Positions 56,540 through 64,000 of a DNA stretch of 64,000 nt are shown here, piece by piece. Under the pieces are notes generated by a model. It was given only the letters and a program-made list of their open reading frames with translations. It was not told where the DNA came from and ran no database searches. Origin of the DNA: the human T2T-CHM13v2.0 reference genome, Homo sapiens. The stretch lies in assembly GCF_009914755.1 (NCBI RefSeq), contig NC_060930.1. One strand, given 5' to 3'. Position 1 is the first letter of the stretch. The number at the start of each line of letters is the position of its first letter. The position numbers and the translations under genes are program-made.

Positions 56540-59500
56540 GAGGGATGACCTGCCCCATTCTTGGGCTTTCTGTTTGCTCTTTCCCCTCCTCAGGAATCAA
56601 TCACTATTCTTGAGCTCTGGATCCCATCCCCTCTCTCTCACTTAGAGAATCTGTTTCTGAATTTACCTTCACTGTCCCTGGGACATCAATTTCTCTCTCC
56701 TGGACCATTTCCACTGGCATATCTTAAATCCCTTCTTGATGCCATCGCTTCCTCCAGAACCAATCCCTTTCTCTGCCCCTGTTCTGAAGGAAGACCCTCA
56801 AAATAGTTGTCTTTACTTGCTGCCATTATTTCCTCATTTCTCTTTCTTTCCTTAATCTGTTGTAGATTTTTTTTTGTCACTCCAGAGAAACTGCTTTTAT
56901 GAAGGTTAGTGATGATCTCCGTCTTGCCAAGTCCATGCTCAACTCTCTATTCTCATCTTACAAGACTTCTCACCATCACTTGACTCAGTCGTCAACTTCC
57001 TCCATGAAACCACTTCTTCTTGTGGCTTCAGGGGCACCACACTGTCCTGGCTTCTCATCAGCTTCACCTGTGGCTCCCTCCTCTGCAGAGTCCTCCTCTG
57101 CTCCTCCTCCTCTGCTCCCCATCTAAATGCTGGCATTATCTTGGAGCTCCATCCACGGACTTTCTCTTTCCTCTAACTATACTCACTCCCAGGCCTGTGG
57201 TTTTTGTCACCTATATGCTGAAGTCTCTCAAATTTATTATATGTTGCCCCTGACCTCTTCCTGAATTTCCATATCCAATTTCCTACTCAGCACCTGAACT
57301 TGTATATTCAACATGCATCTCAAGTATAACATGGCCAAAAAAACAATTATTGTTTCCATCCTCCCTCCAAACCTGCTTCTTTCCAGTCTTTTTCATCACA
57401 GCTGCTTGGGACAAATATCTGAAGATGAATCAAAGAGAATATATAGACTTCCATCTGCCCTGCCTCCATAATACATCTTGAAATGAACCACTTTCATTAG
57501 CTCAGTGTTTAGACATGTTGGTCTGAGGACTCCTTTACAACCTTAAAAATTAATAAAATCTCCAAAGAGTTCTTGATTATGTGGGTTATAGCTATTGATA
57601 TGTGCCATATTAGAAATTAAAACAAAACTTTAAAAAAATAGAATTCATTGTATTTGAAATACAATAAAACATTGTATATTAACACAAATCACATATTTTA
57701 TGAAAATTAATACATTTTACAAAACATAAGTGAGAGAATTAACACTTTTACATTTTTGCAAATCTCTCTAGTATCTGGCTTAACAGAGGACTGCTGAATT
57801 CTCATATCTGGTACTACCTTCAATATGTTGCTCTATGGTGTTTTGATGGAAGGACATGAAGAAAATCTAGCTCACACAGATACATAGTTGGAAATGGGTG
57901 AAGTATTTTCATCATCTTTTGATAACTGTGGATATTCTCTGATTCTACACCAGAAATCAACAAGTGGTAGCTTTTAAATGTGGAGTCTGAAATGTGGTAC
58001 CTGAAAATCTGTCAATAAACTTTTTTTATTTTGTTAATATTAAAATCTATTGGTCTATCTTGCGCTTTGAATGGATTTTTCACCTGTGCATAATTTTATA
58101 ACATTACCCATTTGGTCATTTGGAAATACTTGTTCACTAAGTTCGGAGATCTTTGAGATCTTTTGAATGTTTCACATTTCATGATCCAATACCAAATTCT
58201 CCACATTCATTAATATCACCATCAATCTCGTCAGAAAAAGTCCTTAATGTATTGGGAAGTTATCAAGCTCTACAGTAGCAGCTATGTGTTTTCCAAAATC
58301 CTAATTTTTGTCTCAAGCTCAAATTTTGTCATTGGCAACAAATACTGTCAGTTGTTTTTCTTGAAGTATCAGGGCACTTCATTCATTTTTGATAAAAGAT
58401 CTGTCAAACAAATACCCAAATTGGAGTAACTAGAGTTTGTCTGTTAGTTGTTCTTTTAAGTCATATTGGCATTCCATGAAAAAAGCAGCCAGTTCAGCTT
58501 GCGACTCAAACAACTGCACACGGGTTTTTCCTGGAGATAACCAGTACACTCTGGTATACGGTGGAAGGGCTTATGTGTCCTTCCCATTTTGTCACACAGA
58601 ATATTAAAAAGACATCACTCAAGAGTTGAGATTTAATAAAAACAGTAATTGTTACTGCTTCATACAGGATATTCTGAAGTGAAATTGGCATTCTGTTCTA
58701 TTGTAAGCATGTGCTGGTGAAGAACTAGCAGTTTGGTACCACTATCTTGTTTCGTGCTGAGGTGCCAGCAGTTTTCCCCACCATTACATTTCACTAGCAG
58801 TGCACGTCAATACTGCGAAAAAGACAGACAGCATCTTGGTATTACTGTGAAAATAGTTTTAACCTTGCATTCCCTGATAAGATCTTGCGGGCCCCCAGGA
58901 ACCCACAGACCACACTTTGAGAACTGTGGCACTAGCTTGCCATCTTCTGTCCAGGCCACCACCATCTCTCTCCCGGGCTTGCAAAAAAGCCTCCTTGATG
59001 GTCTCTATGCTTTTACTTTTGCCTCTGTAGAAGCCCTTCTCCACAGAGCAGCCAGATAATCTTTTAAAAATGTATGTCAGATCACATCGCTCTCCTGCTT
59101 AAAACTCCCACTTCAGATGTCCCATTGCTCATAGAATAGCATCTGAGGTGCAGGCCCAAGCCTGCAAGGCCCTGGCTGCCCCTATTTTCTCATTCATGCC
59201 TGTACTCCTTTTCTTTCCCCTTCTCCAGTCACTTGACCTGTGGATCTCTTTAAACCTATCCTGTGTGCTCCAGCCTGGAAGGCTCCTCCCCCAGGTTTTA
59301 GCAGGTAGGGTTCTCCTCATTTAGGTCTCATCTCCTGTGTTAGGCATTACTCAACCTGCCCATACACATCTTCCTATACACTGCCCTCCTCTGGATTACA
59401 TAGCTCCATTTATTACCCTGATTGCTCTCATCGTTCTCTGAAATGATATTGTTCACTAATTTGACAGCTGGTTTGTTGTCTGTATTTCTAAAACAGAAAG

Positions 59501-59610
59501 TGAGTTTCCACAAGGGTAGGAATCTTGAATCTTGTGCTATGCCATATCCTTACCATCTAAGACAATACTTGGAACACAGCAGGTGATTAATTAGTATTTG
59601 CTGAATGGAT
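56540..59610 (+). mobile_element. L2 (RT region to 3' end) split by Charlie1a
   Basis: 'gaaactgcttttatgaaggttagtgatgatctccgtcttgccaagtcc' (ETAFMKVSDDLRLAKS, L2 RT); resumes at 58938 'ctgtccaggccaccaccatctctc'; 3' end 'tagtatttgctgaatggat'. Confidence 0.82.
57503..58929 (-). mobile_element. Charlie1a (hAT) element with transposase remnant
   Basis: Termini CAGTG... / ...CCACACTTTGAGAACTGTGG; 8-bp TSD CATTAGCT (57495-502) / CACTAGCT (58930-37); minus ORF 58506-58691 'LQNILYEAVTITVFIKSQLL' resembles hAT transposase. Confidence 0.9.
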
Positions 59611-59952
59611 GCTTCTGTGAGTGACAATGGGTGGTAGGATACCATGCAGGAAAGCTCTCTGCATACTGCAAAATATACACATGTAAGGTAAGGGAAATGA
59701 TGTGTTACAACTTGTAATTCTCCGTCACTAGTACATACTTTGCCATGTCAAATTTAAGTCATAGATAACATTATCAGGCTATTAGTGTTACCTTCTTGAC
59801 TATTTTTCTGCAGATCAAACAAGATAAGAGTCCAAGATCTCTTTGTCTCTCCCCAAACTGGTCTCCCTGTTGTTAATCCTTTTCTTCTCCAGGCCATCTT
59901 CTGCAATGTATGTCATTTATTTATTTATTTTTTTGAGAGAATCATATAGTGG

Positions 59953-64000
<4,048 letters not shown>

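Overview
Primate (very likely human) non-coding genomic DNA, intron/intergenic in character. Roughly half is interspersed repeat: a full-length but inactivated L1PA4-like LINE-1 (1666-7883, 11-bp TSD, short 3' transduction-like tail), an older 5'-truncated L1PA/PB-type LINE-1 running off the right end, four dimeric Alus (S and J classes) plus two Alu monomers, old L1M, L2, L3/CR1, MIR, MLT1/MLT2 LTRs and DNA-transposon fossils (MER58A, Tigger2a, MER5A, MER46C, MER3, MER96B, Tigger3a, Charlie1a), many nested. I recognise no intact cellular protein-coding gene, RNA gene or CRISPR array; the long ORFs are L1 remnants. The most interesting part is a repeat-poor ~13.5 kb unique block (19.8-33.5 kb) containing a candidate minus-strand alternative first exon (ATG-CCC-ATT-G|GTAAGT at 27659-27644) amid a RUNX-motif cluster and retained CpGs, with a frame-compatible 80-nt candidate exon at 10647-10568. 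I could not identify the host gene and found no convincing new biological system. Repeat family calls are from remembered consensus sequences, and boundaries of old repeats are approximate.
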